NCBI GenBank assembly: GCA_040384485.1
Contig: JAZKJH010000005.1
Span: 3,375-67,374 of the forward strand
Reading direction: 5' to 3'
Source of the DNA: Patescibacteria group bacterium
GTDB taxonomy: Bacteria > Patescibacteriota > Minisyncoccia > Phycocordibacterales > DATDWN01
DNA length: 64,000 bases
Shown: one piece after another, positions 37,786-49,129 of the stretch
Position numbering within the stretch: the first letter of the stretch is position 1
How the letters are laid out: each line of letters opens with the position of its first letter
Position numbers and translations under genes: made by a program
The notes under the pieces: generated by a model
Seen by the model: the letters and a program-made list of their open reading frames with translations, nothing else
Databases searched by the model: none
Told to the model about the DNA's origin: nothing

Positions 37786-38211
37786 ATGTCAAACATTACA
37801 TCGCCGAGTCCGTTCGCGGTAGCCCTGAAAAAATTACTTGATGAAACTCAGTATTTTTCTCGTCCACAATGGGCTAGATTCCTTAGTGTTCCTGAGGAAA
37901 AAATAGAGGATTGGGTTAGTGACCGTGCCCTCCCAGTTTCTCATATTATGAAAGTGATAGTCGAGATACTGGAAGCTACTACTGGGACTAAGAAAGCTTT
38001 GAAAGACTTCGAAGAAATGTCCTCGATGTCATCCACAGAGGTTTCTCCTTTTGGTGAATTCATGTCACCAACTGTACAGGAATACCTAAACGTATCCCTA
38101 TTTGTTAGCTACCCAGAAAGACTCCGCACTCTTTCACCAGAGCAAAAGGTGCGAGTCCTGGGAGGAAGCTGGGATCCAGATGCAATAGAAACCTATCTAA
38201 AATCCCGATAG
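37786..38211 (+). CDS. Putative XRE/Cro HTH protein
   Basis: FA.ALK.L......SR..WA.FL.V....I..W.....LP; AAGGAG SD; terminator at about 38214-44. Confidence 0.6.
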   Translation: MSNITSPSPFAVALKKLLDETQYFSRPQWARFLSVPEEKIEDWVSDRALPVSHIMKVIVEILEATTGTKKALKDFEEMSSMSSTEVSPFGEFMSPTVQEYLNVSLFVSYPERLRTLSPEQKVRVLGGSWDPDAIETYLKSR

Positions 38212-38251
38212 AACAAACACCCATCAAGTTGATGGGTGTTTTTTAAAGAAT

Positions 38252-38656
38252 TTAGTGAATAATGCCAGACCTCGCTTGATGGTCCTTGGTATAACCACCT
38301 CTCCTTCTTTTATAATCAACAAAAAGATAAATTTCTAAAACTATGTACAAGATTGTGCTTGATATAACAAAAGAATAGCTGATTGATCCTTGCAAGATCA
38401 TAAAATAATAAACCATCCAAAAACCAAGAACACCGGTAACCACATCCATGATTTTATTTCCAAAAAGTTCAAATTCTCCAATATAAACTTCATATACTTC
38501 CCACGCCAGAGCCAAAATAAAATACATTAAAAATACTAACCAAAGATTTGACCAAATTTTAAATATCCATCCTGCAAAAACAACCCCTGACAAAAAATGA
38601 TTTACTGACCACAAATTCACGTATTTGCCTTCTTTAAGTGTGTTTAACAAACTCAT
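38252..38656 (-). CDS. Membrane protein
   Basis: WS..HFLSG, WE..E, N...D motifs, 4 TMs. Confidence 0.6.
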   Translation of the reverse strand: MSLLNTLKEGKYVNLWSVNHFLSGVVFAGWIFKIWSNLWLVFLMYFILALAWEVYEVYIGEFELFGNKIMDVVTGVLGFWMVYYFMILQGSISYSFVISSTILYIVLEIYLFVDYKRRRGGYTKDHQARSGIIH

Positions 38657-38691
38657 GTTTATATTATAACAGTTCTAGAATTATCTACGGT

Positions 38692-39096
38692 GCGCGATCG
38701 ATGGGCTCGGTCAGGAATAAATTTTCTTTGAAAATTTTTCATGACCCTGCCTAGACTACGACCTTCGGCCGGCTCCGCGGTCTCCGGCTTTCGAGTTTTA
38801 AATCAGACTCGTTCAGGGATATTTTGCTCGTCGTCACACCACAAGAGTACTTCCAATTTCTAATCGCAAGGCTCAAGAAATTTAGGTCGCTCACAAAATT
38901 CCACAACCCTAGTGGGCGCGATCGATGGGAGTCTCTCCCTCGCCTTAAAATTGTGTCGTCACACAATTTTAGGCTGGGCACCGACTCGCGACCCAGTCTA
39001 CTGACTGTGTCCCCGCTCCGTCGTTCGAGTCCCGTACGCAAACCATGGTTTGCTCGAATCGGCAAAACAAAAAACGCCTAAGCGTTTTGTGTTTTG
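38692..39096. repeat. Two tandem hairpin-rich units, each ending in a copy of the tRNA-Asp 3' end
   Basis: GCGCGATCGATGGG at 38692, 38916 and 39096. Inverted T-arm copy GTTCGAGTCCC at 39023-33. Shared GTCGTCACAC at 38830 and 38955. Confidence 0.75.
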
Positions 39097-39170
39097 CGCG
39101 ATCGATGGGACTCGAACCCACGGCCTCGTCCGTGACAGGGACGCGCTCTAACCAGCTGAGCTACGACCGC
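39097..39170 (-). tRNA. tRNA-Asp(GTC)
   Basis: Acceptor GCGGTCG/CGATCGC, anticodon arm CGTCC-CTGTCAC-GGACG, T arm GTGGG-TTCGAGT-CCCAT. Confidence 0.95.
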
Positions 39171-39219
39171 ATTTTGGCACAAGTGAAATATAACAGATTT
39201 TTGGGCTGATATCAAATAT

Positions 39220-39783
39220 TTATTTTGACTGTTCCAGCCATTCTTTATGCCTATCTATTATCTTTCCTACAACCTCCTCGGGAGTAAATTCGTGTGTATC
39301 CAGGACCAGATCAAACCGATCCTCTTCCCACAAAACACCCTCGCCATATATTTTCTTATACCTTTCTCTGTTTATTGCGTCTCTTATTTTTATCTTGTCG
39401 AATATCTCCTTTTCAGTCATGTTTGGAAAATCCTTGGCTCGTCTCTTAGCTCTTACTTCTGGAGGACAGACCAAAAGCACGTGAAATGCATCAGGAGCAA
39501 AATGATGAACCAACCGGCCCTCAAACACTGCGTAATCTTGCTCAGCGAAGTGGCGAATCATGTTGTCACACAACTCATCCACTTTTTCTTCAGGATGGGA
39601 AAGACTATAAGCATTGAACTCGTCTATACTCATTCCTCTTTCTTTTGCTAGTTCCCGCATTATAGCTCCAGCATTTACCCACCTCCATGGTGAGATTCCC
39701 ATATGCTCGATAAATCTCCTAGAAGTTGTTGTGCTCCCTACCCCACTATCTGCCGTTATGGAGATTTGGTTTTTGAAAGTCAT
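39220..39783 (-). CDS. cmk: Cytidylate kinase, archaeal-like type
   Basis: I.ITADSGVGSTT, AG.IMRELA.ERGMS, EGRL, VRAKR, R..K.YG, DLV.DT. Confidence 0.8.
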   Translation of the reverse strand: MTFKNQISITADSGVGSTTTSRRFIEHMGISPWRWVNAGAIMRELAKERGMSIDEFNAYSLSHPEEKVDELCDNMIRHFAEQDYAVFEGRLVHHFAPDAFHVLLVCPPEVRAKRRAKDFPNMTEKEIFDKIKIRDAINRERYKKIYGEGVLWEEDRFDLVLDTHEFTPEEVVGKIIDRHKEWLEQSK

Positions 39784-39789
39784 TTTGGG

Positions 39790-39862
39790 TGTCGAGGGTG
39801 GGTTACGATCCCACTACCTTGGGCTTATGAGTCCCACGCTCTACCAATTGAGCTACCCCGAC
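39790..39862 (-). tRNA. tRNA with CAT anticodon (elongator Met more likely; Ile2 not excluded)
   Basis: Acceptor GTCGGGG/CCTCGAC, anticodon loop CTCATAA, T arm GTGGG-ATCGTAA-CCCAC. Confidence 0.85.
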
Positions 39863-39957
39863 GATATAGGAAATATAGCAGAAAAAAGTTGAAAAACAAA
39901 GGCCCAGTATCCTAGTCCTATTGCTTACAAACCAAATATACTGTAGAATCCCTAACT

Positions 39958-40028
39958 AGCGGGATAGAGAAGCAGTATCTCGGTAGGCTCATAACCTGCA
40001 GACCCAGGTGCAAGTCCTGGTCCCGCAA
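39958..40028 (+). tRNA. Initiator tRNA-fMet(CAT)
   Basis: Unpaired 1:72, GCGGGA/TCCCGC, A11:U24, anticodon arm GTAGG-CTCATAA-CCTGC. Confidence 0.88.
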
Positions 40029-40030
40029 CA

Positions 40031-40068
40031 AGAAACAACAAAACCCCGAAAGGGGTTTTGTTGTTTCT
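40031..40068. terminator. Terminator after tRNA-fMet
   Basis: AGAAACAACAAAACCCC-GAAA-GGGGTTTTGTTGTTTCT. Confidence 0.85.
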
Positions 40069-40109
40069 GAAAGTGGGAACAGAACCTCAGAAAGGGTGCT
40101 TTCTTTTAA

Positions 40110-41036
40110 CTAGATAATCCTAAACTCTTCAAATATTTCCTTGTATAAACCTATAATCCTCTTCGTCTCATGAGCACTTAGAAGGAAACTGACTCCGTCA
40201 TGAGCAATCCTGTTTCTTATCTTATGAGCCTCCCAAGCGTTCTCTACAGTAGTAAAGTCACTTTTCTCAACTGCTTTTAACTTATCCCCTATAGTATCTC
40301 CAGGTAAAGAAAGTTTATCTAACAAGTCCCCGAGCATGATGTCAGCCTCAAGAATAGAAAGTCTCCAATCACTTTCATTTCCAGAATGAGCATGCGCCAA
40401 CACTCTCTGCCATTGAGGATTCACAGCTTCGATCTCTGTATTTTCTTTTGGATAATATTTTTGCTCTTCCATTTCACCCAACTCTTTAAGCTTTTTGTAC
40501 AAGTAATGCAAAAGCAGAATGAGTCCGGCCGATAATATTACTGAAAAATATTTAAAATAGTTAAAAAAATTAAAAAATATTCTTTTTGCTTGCCCTACCA
40601 AGGAAGTGTCCGTTTGTATGTGGAGCAAATCTTTTTCCTTAACCCATCCAGATGTTCCGTTTGTGAATTGGATGTGCCAATATTTGGTACCCATTATAGA
40701 TACAGGTCCATCAATAATAAAACCGCGAGTTCCTTTTTTAACTACACCTTTTTCTACTCCACCTGGGCTACTATAAAGTACTGTTTCATCAGAGGTTTCT
40801 ACAGTATCTCCCTCCTTTGCAGAAGGTGAAGAAGAAAGAGGAGTGGCAGTAGTATAACCTCCCCCATCCCACTTAGGAATAATTCTACCTGAAGTCAGTA
40901 CTGACAAAAATCCGTTAATTAAATAAACTACTACCAACAAAACCAAGATTGCCCAAACTACATCTACAAAAGGATCACCAGTTCCGGTAGGAGCTTTTTC
41001 CTCTGGTTTCTTTTCTGGTTTTTTTGCTTCCGCCAT
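40110..41036 (-). CDS. Membrane protein with SH3-like extracytoplasmic domain
   Basis: Two TMs flanking IIDGP...YW.I.F..G.SGWV; C-terminal AWEAHKIRNRIAH. Confidence 0.6.
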   Translation of the reverse strand: MAEAKKPEKKPEEKAPTGTGDPFVDVVWAILVLLVVVYLINGFLSVLTSGRIIPKWDGGGYTTATPLSSSPSAKEGDTVETSDETVLYSSPGGVEKGVVKKGTRGFIIDGPVSIMGTKYWHIQFTNGTSGWVKEKDLLHIQTDTSLVGQAKRIFFNFFNYFKYFSVILSAGLILLLHYLYKKLKELGEMEEQKYYPKENTEIEAVNPQWQRVLAHAHSGNESDWRLSILEADIMLGDLLDKLSLPGDTIGDKLKAVEKSDFTTVENAWEAHKIRNRIAHDGVSFLLSAHETKRIIGLYKEIFEEFRII

Positions 41037-41089
41037 ACTAATAGTATATAGCAGCTAGTATTGAGTTACTAGGGATTGCATAATTAAAA

Positions 41090-42514
41090 TTATTCTCCTC
41101 TAAATTTTTTACCAACTTCAAAAAATAAATGTTCGTTGTTGTGAGGTGCCATAAACTGTATTCCCAGAGGAAGTTGTTTCCCTTCTACTTCAACAAAACC
41201 TGAAGGTATAGAAATAGCTGGTATACCAACAATGTTCGCAGGTACTGTAAAAATATCCTGAACATATAGTGCCAAAGGATCGTTGGACTTCTCTCCTATT
41301 TTAAATGCTGGACCTGGGGTTGTTGGTGTGACTATTAAATCAACCTCCTTAAAAACCTCATTTATCTCATCACTAATTTTCTGTCTCAAAAGCAGGGCTT
41401 TGTTGTAATAAGCATCATGATACCCAGAAGAAAGTACGTATGTTCCCATGAGAATTCTTCTTCTAACTTCTTTACCAAAACCAGTGCCTTTTGTTTTCAT
41501 ATAGTCTTCTAACAAATTTTTACCCTCAACATGCAGACCGAACCTAACACCATCAAAGCGAGCTAGATTAGAAGACACTTCAGCCGGCATCAATATGTAA
41601 TATACCGCCAAAGAATATGAGATATTCGGTAGGTTTATTTCTTTAATTTCATAACCTATGTTCTTTAGTTTTTCTATTGATTGATTGAAAACTTCTTCAG
41701 CGTCTTTTTCCAACCCACCATTTTTAAATAAATGATAAGGAACACCTAGAACCATTTTTTCCTTCAGCGGTTTTTTAACATAGGTACTTTCGTCGAAAGT
41801 GGTACTGTCCATAGAATCCTTACCCTGAACAACATCAAAAAGAATTTCTGAATCAGTAACTGTTTTTGTAAATGGGCCTATAATATCTAGTGACGAACCC
41901 ATCGCCATAAGACCATGTCTTGAAATTCCCCCATAAGTAGGCTTCAGCCCGACTAAGCCACAAAAAGCTGCGGGCTCCCGCACTGATCCTCCGGTATCAG
42001 AACCAAAAGAAACTAGACTCATATCTCCCGCCACACTGGCAGCAGATCCACCCGAAGAACCTCCAGGAACTCTTTCTTCATCGACAGGGTTTCTGGTTAT
42101 TCCAAAAGCTGAGTTCTCAGTTGAACTGCCCATAGCAAACTCATCCATATTTGTTCGACCAATCAATACAGCTCCAGCATCTTTTAATTTTTTAACCAAA
42201 GTAGAATCATAAGGGGCAACAAAACCTTCCAGTATTTTTGAACCAGAGGTAGCTCTCTTTCCCTTTACTAAAATATTATCCTTTAGAGCAACTGGAATCC
42301 CAAGAAGTGGTAAATCTTCCCCTCTCTGTATTTTTTCATCGGCTGCTTCGGCTTGTTTCAATACATCATCATAAACTTCAAGAAAAACATTTAATCTCTG
42401 GTTATTTGCCTGGATAACATCCAAATATGCCTTGGCCAAATCCACTGCAGAAAATTCTTTCTGTTTCAATTTAAGCCTAGCTTCTTTGAGAGTAAGGTTT
42501 TTTAATTCAATCAT
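41090..42514 (-). CDS. gatA: Asp/Glu-tRNA amidotransferase subunit A
   Basis: KDN, NMDEFAMGSS, PGGSSGGSAA, GSDTGGS.R.PA, EVRRRI..GT. Confidence 0.97.
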   Translation of the reverse strand: MIELKNLTLKEARLKLKQKEFSAVDLAKAYLDVIQANNQRLNVFLEVYDDVLKQAEAADEKIQRGEDLPLLGIPVALKDNILVKGKRATSGSKILEGFVAPYDSTLVKKLKDAGAVLIGRTNMDEFAMGSSTENSAFGITRNPVDEERVPGGSSGGSAASVAGDMSLVSFGSDTGGSVREPAAFCGLVGLKPTYGGISRHGLMAMGSSLDIIGPFTKTVTDSEILFDVVQGKDSMDSTTFDESTYVKKPLKEKMVLGVPYHLFKNGGLEKDAEEVFNQSIEKLKNIGYEIKEINLPNISYSLAVYYILMPAEVSSNLARFDGVRFGLHVEGKNLLEDYMKTKGTGFGKEVRRRILMGTYVLSSGYHDAYYNKALLLRQKISDEINEVFKEVDLIVTPTTPGPAFKIGEKSNDPLALYVQDIFTVPANIVGIPAISIPSGFVEVEGKQLPLGIQFMAPHNNEHLFFEVGKKFRGE

Positions 42515-42518
42515 TTTT

Positions 42519-42797
42519 TTACAGAATCTTTTTTACAACCAAGTAATTCTTGTCTCTTTTTGGAGCATTATTCAAAAGATCCTCTGTGTAGATTCCGGAC
42601 TCATTTGTCACCACATCTTCCCGCATTACATTGTGAAGTCCAGGTATTACTCGTTCAATATCACCTGTTACGCCTTTTATAACCCCAACATAGTCGAGTA
42701 TAGAGCCCATCTCTTTTGATAGGTTTTCCATCTCATCTTCAGAAACTTCTATTCTGGCCAAACTAGCTAGATTTTTTACTTCTTCCTTTGTGATCAT
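42519..42797 (-). CDS. gatC: Asp/Glu-tRNA amidotransferase subunit C
   Basis: MITKEEV..LA.LARI, NVMRED, NAP. Confidence 0.92.
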   Translation of the reverse strand: MITKEEVKNLASLARIEVSEDEMENLSKEMGSILDYVGVIKGVTGDIERVIPGLHNVMREDVVTNESGIYTEDLLNNAPKRDKNYLVVKKIL

Positions 42798-42863
42798 TTG
42801 TAAAATATTAACACTTTTATAGGCATTAGTCATTTGACTTACTTCTTAATATATAGTTACATT

Positions 42864-43214
42864 ATGTTAGAAGCCATGATGGACAACACATTCGCTAAGC
42901 TCTTAAGAGACTCCAAAAGAGTCTCAGGAGTGAGAGAAAGGACACTGAAAACTGAGTTTAATGTAAGCTCAGTATCCACATTCAATAATTGGGAGAGCGG
43001 CGAAAGCTTTCCCAAAGAAGATCGAATACCGTTAATTGCTAGGGTTTACCAAGTCGATGAGAATCAACTTAGGCAGGCCCTTGAAGAGTCTAAATTAGCT
43101 CGCGAGGAAGAAAAAAGGGTTAGGCGAGGATTAAAAAGCCGGAATAAAGTCAAAATCTCGACTGAATATGACTTGTACCCCTATCCGGCTGCAGTAATGC
43201 CTCGTAGTTACTGA
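42864..43214 (+). CDS. XRE-family HTH protein (start uncertain)
   Basis: FAKLLR..., ST...WESG.S.P....I..IA. Confidence 0.65.
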   Translation: MLEAMMDNTFAKLLRDSKRVSGVRERTLKTEFNVSSVSTFNNWESGESFPKEDRIPLIARVYQVDENQLRQALEESKLAREEEKRVRRGLKSRNKVKISTEYDLYPYPAAVMPRSY

Positions 43215-43265
43215 AATTGATCCGGGAACAGCAACGCTGTTCTCGGATTTTTTATTTATCACACA

Positions 43266-45296
<2,031 letters not shown>

Positions 45297-45299
45297 TCA

Positions 45300-45779
45300 C
45301 TAGTAAGTAAGAGTAACACCTCTCTCAAAACGTCTTGGAGAGTTTATATCGCATGTGTTGTATCCACGAGAGTCAATGATAGTCATGTTTCCTGAATGCT
45401 TACCCACCCTCACTATCACACAACCTTTTGTAAAATTTAACTGAAAGGTGCTAGTAGCTGCACCCCCTATTCGACTACTTTGAGTTGGTATGGTGCTAAT
45501 ATCAGTTTGGGAGCCTGTGGTTATAGTCTGACCATTACAATTAATACTTGCTGCCACTGCATCTGTGGCAAAAGGACTTTCCTCACTATTAACTAGGTCC
45601 CAATACACAGCACATTCTGTACCTGCATCAGCTGCGTAAAAAGCATATTGTGATTGCTCATTAGCATCTGCAATAATAAGCTGTTTGTAAGCAATATTCA
45701 CCACAACAAAACTCACGATAAGAAGCATCGAAGTTGTTATGATAGCCACCAATAATGTAAAGCCTTTATTTTTCTTCAT
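45300..45779 (-). CDS. Minor pilin (PilX-like)
   Basis: KG/FTLLVA lacking E5; AFYAADAG.ECA. Confidence 0.8.
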   Translation of the reverse strand: MKKNKGFTLLVAIITTSMLLIVSFVVVNIAYKQLIIADANEQSQYAFYAADAGTECAVYWDLVNSEESPFATDAVAASINCNGQTITTGSQTDISTIPTQSSRIGGAATSTFQLNFTKGCVIVRVGKHSGNMTIIDSRGYNTCDINSPRRFERGVTLTY

Positions 45780-45780
45780 G

Positions 45781-46371
45781 TTATTCTCTGTTTAATAAAG
45801 TTTCTCTTACTTGAAAAAATTTTGTACCAGAATTTCCAGTCCAGCTTACCGTCACAACAACCCTCACCTCTCTGCCTGCAACCACATTCTCTAACTGTAC
45901 CTCGCGCTTAAAACGCGTCAGCGGCCAACTCGAATTGTACCCGTACAAACCATTACTTTCATTCTGTCTCATGTTTGTGGTACATGCGTTAGGAGCTGAT
46001 GATGTAATAGCGGCATCACCACAGTATGTAGCTGTTTGTGTTAATGAATCTATCTGACAAACCTTACCGAAGTAGCAAGGGTCAGTGCCGGCTTGTGCCA
46101 ATCCGTACAGCCACTGTCTAGAAGGAGTATTGCCTATTGATAATTCATGGAGAGAGTGCAGGACGTTGTTATCCCTTTTATTTTTTATACTTTCAACTGC
46201 CTGCTGAGCGAGATAAAAAGCTGTGATTTGATCTTTGGCGGTAGTAGAAAACCGAATACCGTTTTGAACAGCTGTAAATGTAGCGGTGATAGACAGTGAC
46301 AATATTGCTATAGCTACCAAAGTCTCTACCACTGTAAATCCTTTATTATTTTTTGAAAAAAATTTATTCAT
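45781..46371 (-). CDS. Minor pilin (PilV-like)
   Basis: KG/FTVVE; A.YLAQ..VE. Confidence 0.82.
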   Translation of the reverse strand: MNKFFSKNNKGFTVVETLVAIAILSLSITATFTAVQNGIRFSTTAKDQITAFYLAQQAVESIKNKRDNNVLHSLHELSIGNTPSRQWLYGLAQAGTDPCYFGKVCQIDSLTQTATYCGDAAITSSAPNACTTNMRQNESNGLYGYNSSWPLTRFKREVQLENVVAGREVRVVVTVSWTGNSGTKFFQVRETLLNRE

Positions 46372-46373
46372 AT

Positions 46374-46958
46374 TTATTGAAAATCAAATGTTCTTTGGGA
46401 AACTTCCGTTTGCAATGTAAAATCTGACCTACTGCTAGGCTTGTCCCCTGAATATCCGCGAATTACGATAATTACCATAGGTTGTACGACGTTATTTACC
46501 CCTCCACCATATGGAGGAGAGCCTAAAACCCAAAATGTAAGGTCAGTTATATTCATATCTTCTGAGGTCAGGTAATACTCGGCACCTCCATCAATCGTAC
46601 GGACAATTCTTTCATTTTCATCATCTAAATAATAAGCAATTTGTTTTCCGTCTGACGAACGCACCTCCAGAGAGGGTCCTCCGCTGGCACCAAAACAATC
46701 CAGTGGTTGAGTTCTTGTGCCAACCGTTATGTCACAGTGGTAGTTAGTACCAAATCTAATATTTCTAACCATTGATTCCATAGTTAGACTCACATTGTCC
46801 ATAACAGTTCGAAGGCTTTGAGATTTTCTGTTGGAATCAAAAATACTAATAATTGCTCCGGCACTAATAACCATAATAACTGCAAATATAGAAACTGCCA
46901 CCATTATTTCTATCAGTGTGAATCCTTTATTATTTTTTAGTGATTTTTTCTGCAACAT
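46374..46958 (-). CDS. Minor pilin (PilW-like)
   Basis: KG/FTLIEIMVA. Confidence 0.82.
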   Translation of the reverse strand: MLQKKSLKNNKGFTLIEIMVAVSIFAVIMVISAGAIISIFDSNRKSQSLRTVMDNVSLTMESMVRNIRFGTNYHCDITVGTRTQPLDCFGASGGPSLEVRSSDGKQIAYYLDDENERIVRTIDGGAEYYLTSEDMNITDLTFWVLGSPPYGGGVNNVVQPMVIIVIRGYSGDKPSSRSDFTLQTEVSQRTFDFQ

Positions 46959-46970
46959 GGATTTAAAAAT

Positions 46971-47609
46971 CTAATTCATATTAACTAACACTTGCCCCGT
47001 GCTTTCTATAGTAATAACGAGCTCAGTACCTTGTGGCGAAACTAAAACAATCTGACTTGTTAAAGGATCGGCATAAAATAAACCACTATTCGACAAACGT
47101 ATGTTCGCGTCTGGGTTCGGTCGCAAAAATGTAACACTCATTGCGTTAAAACTACTAGTTGCTGGTGCACATACAGGTGCTCCTATGCTCGGCACGCTGC
47201 ACAACCTACTAATCCTGATGCCATTTCTCAGTGCAAACCTCTGAACGCACTCAGTACTAGGTGCACCACAGACAGAACCTATCCCATACATCTTATCTGC
47301 GACCACATCCGCAAAAAGATAATAACTGGTCGGATCAGAAAGAGTAAAATATGTCCCATACCCAGAAGAAAAACTTCCTGGCGAGCTGGTTAATTCTCTC
47401 ACACTCAAACCATAAGTCTGAGCTTGTCTTATTGTTACAGCTATTTCCTGCCCTGCTGCAGTTAAAGCGAGTCTGTCAGTGAATCGTCCATAATTATACA
47501 GCACGACCACCATCATAACAGTTACTATAGATATAGAAACTAGCACTTCTACTAAAGTAAAGCCTTTAATGGCTGTGTCACTATTTGGCTGTAATTTTTT
47601 TATAAACAT
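46971..47609 (-). CDS. Minor pilin (FimT/FimU-like)
   Basis: KG/FTLVEVLV; IRQAQ. Confidence 0.8.
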   Translation of the reverse strand: MFIKKLQPNSDTAIKGFTLVEVLVSISIVTVMMVVVLYNYGRFTDRLALTAAGQEIAVTIRQAQTYGLSVRELTSSPGSFSSGYGTYFTLSDPTSYYLFADVVADKMYGIGSVCGAPSTECVQRFALRNGIRISRLCSVPSIGAPVCAPATSSFNAMSVTFLRPNPDANIRLSNSGLFYADPLTSQIVLVSPQGTELVITIESTGQVLVNMN

Positions 47610-47610
47610 A

Positions 47611-48477
47611 TTAACCAGTAAGAACACTTATAAACTCCTCGATTCCCAAAAAGTCAGCTTGAGTAAAAAAAACTACAATTGTCGCGAGAATCAAAAAAGG
47701 AGCGAATGGTATTTCTGATTTTAAACCGATGGGTTTTTTACGAGAACTTCTGATTCTGTCATGAAAAATAATATAAATACTCCACAATGCTCCAATCCAA
47801 AATGCCAAAATAATAGCATTAATCCCTGAAATAAAACCGAGTAAGGCTCCCATACCCAGTGCAAGCTTAGCATCTCCAAAACCTATCCACTTGCCACCTG
47901 ACACATACCACAAAAATGCGAAGGGAGAAAACAATAAAATCGGAGACAAAATATCAAGCAGATCAAGACCGGTTAAAACAAAATTTTTGCAGAATAAGTA
48001 CACCAAAAGTTTAAAAAAAGATAGACCGATGAATGCATAAACTAGCTTGTTTGGAATTATCTTGTGTCGTATATCATAAATCATAATAACGATCAAAAGA
48101 CAAAATACAAAAGCATAAAACACAAAAAATAGTATTGAGTATAGGAGCCCGTATTCAAAAGCTCCATACAGTGGCCATAGTGAAATTTGTCTCAATGCCA
48201 AACATACAAACACAAGTCCGGTCAAAAGCTCCACAGCCGGATACTGGAAAGAAAGCGGAGTCTTACACATACGACACTTGCCTCTTAGTGTGAAAAAACT
48301 GACAAGTGGTATAAGGTCATACCACTTAAGAGCAATGCTGCAAGAAAAGCATTTCGACCTGCCTTTGGCAGAAGAAAGTCCACTGTTATATCTAAGACCA
48401 ACCACATTTACAAAACTTCCAATAATAATCCCCAGAATAAATATAAAAAGTAACATCACAAGATTGATAGAAATCAT
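47611..48477 (-). CDS. pilD: Prepilin peptidase
   Basis: GSFVNV, two CxxC, YD..H.IIP, GFGDAKL, PFAPFL. Confidence 0.93.
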   Translation of the reverse strand: MISINLVMLLFIFILGIIIGSFVNVVGLRYNSGLSSAKGRSKCFSCSIALKWYDLIPLVSFFTLRGKCRMCKTPLSFQYPAVELLTGLVFVCLALRQISLWPLYGAFEYGLLYSILFFVFYAFVFCLLIVIMIYDIRHKIIPNKLVYAFIGLSFFKLLVYLFCKNFVLTGLDLLDILSPILLFSPFAFLWYVSGGKWIGFGDAKLALGMGALLGFISGINAIILAFWIGALWSIYIIFHDRIRSSRKKPIGLKSEIPFAPFLILATIVVFFTQADFLGIEEFISVLTG

Positions 48478-48565
48478 ACTAATATTATATCTTAGTCAAT
48501 AACTAAAACAAAGATGTATATAACAAAAAACCACCCGTAGGTGGTTTTTTTATTATTAAAGAATA

Positions 48566-48985
48566 CTAGTCGTTGGCACAAGTATAGTCTGATCCATCCG
48601 TGATGTCATCAATTGATGATGTTGCTGAAGCCCCAGTTGAGTCAACACAGTATTGAATTGCTGTTGACTTAAGCAATGCTCTCGCTGCCCAAGCAGTATC
48701 TGAATCCGCACATTCTACTGAAGTTGAACCTGCTGATGTAGCTCCAGTAATCATAGCGCTGATATTGTTTGTACCTGTTGTACAAACAGTAGTATAGTTA
48801 CCAGCTGTATCATAAAACAACTCAGCTTGTGCTCTAGCGTTGTTCAAACTTGATCTAATAGCTGCATCTGCTCCCTTGCTTCTCGCTGAGTTAAGTGAAG
48901 CCAAAACAACTGAAGAAAGGATACCGATGATAGCTATAACCACCAACAACTCAATCAATGTAAAACCTCTGTTTAATCTATTCAT
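48566..48985 (-). CDS. Type IV pilin, probably the major pilin
   Basis: RG/FTLIELLVVIAIIGILSSVVLASLNSAR; own promoter and terminator (about 48525-51). Confidence 0.9.
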   Translation of the reverse strand: MNRLNRGFTLIELLVVIAIIGILSSVVLASLNSARSKGADAAIRSSLNNARAQAELFYDTAGNYTTVCTTGTNNISAMITGATSAGSTSVECADSDTAWAARALLKSTAIQYCVDSTGASATSSIDDITDGSDYTCAND

Positions 48986-49129
48986 AAATTAATTAATTTA
49001 TTTATTAAAACTTAATAATGATTATAAATTCGTTCGACCGACTGCTCCCTTGTAGGGATTTCCCGCTAATAAACGAATACATATATTATACGGCTATATC
49101 TATAGAGTGGAAAGGTGGGGTGTGGATAA

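Noticed and set aside
38751-39081. ORFs 38751-39065 (-) and 38824-39081 (+)
   Set aside because: They lie within the palindromic tRNA-Asp-associated units, have no SD or motifs, and are likely chance frames.
38692-39110. Possible CRISPR array or prophage att sites
   Set aside because: The repeats are 14-nt tRNA ends with 180-224 bp periods, and there are no cas, integrase or phage genes.
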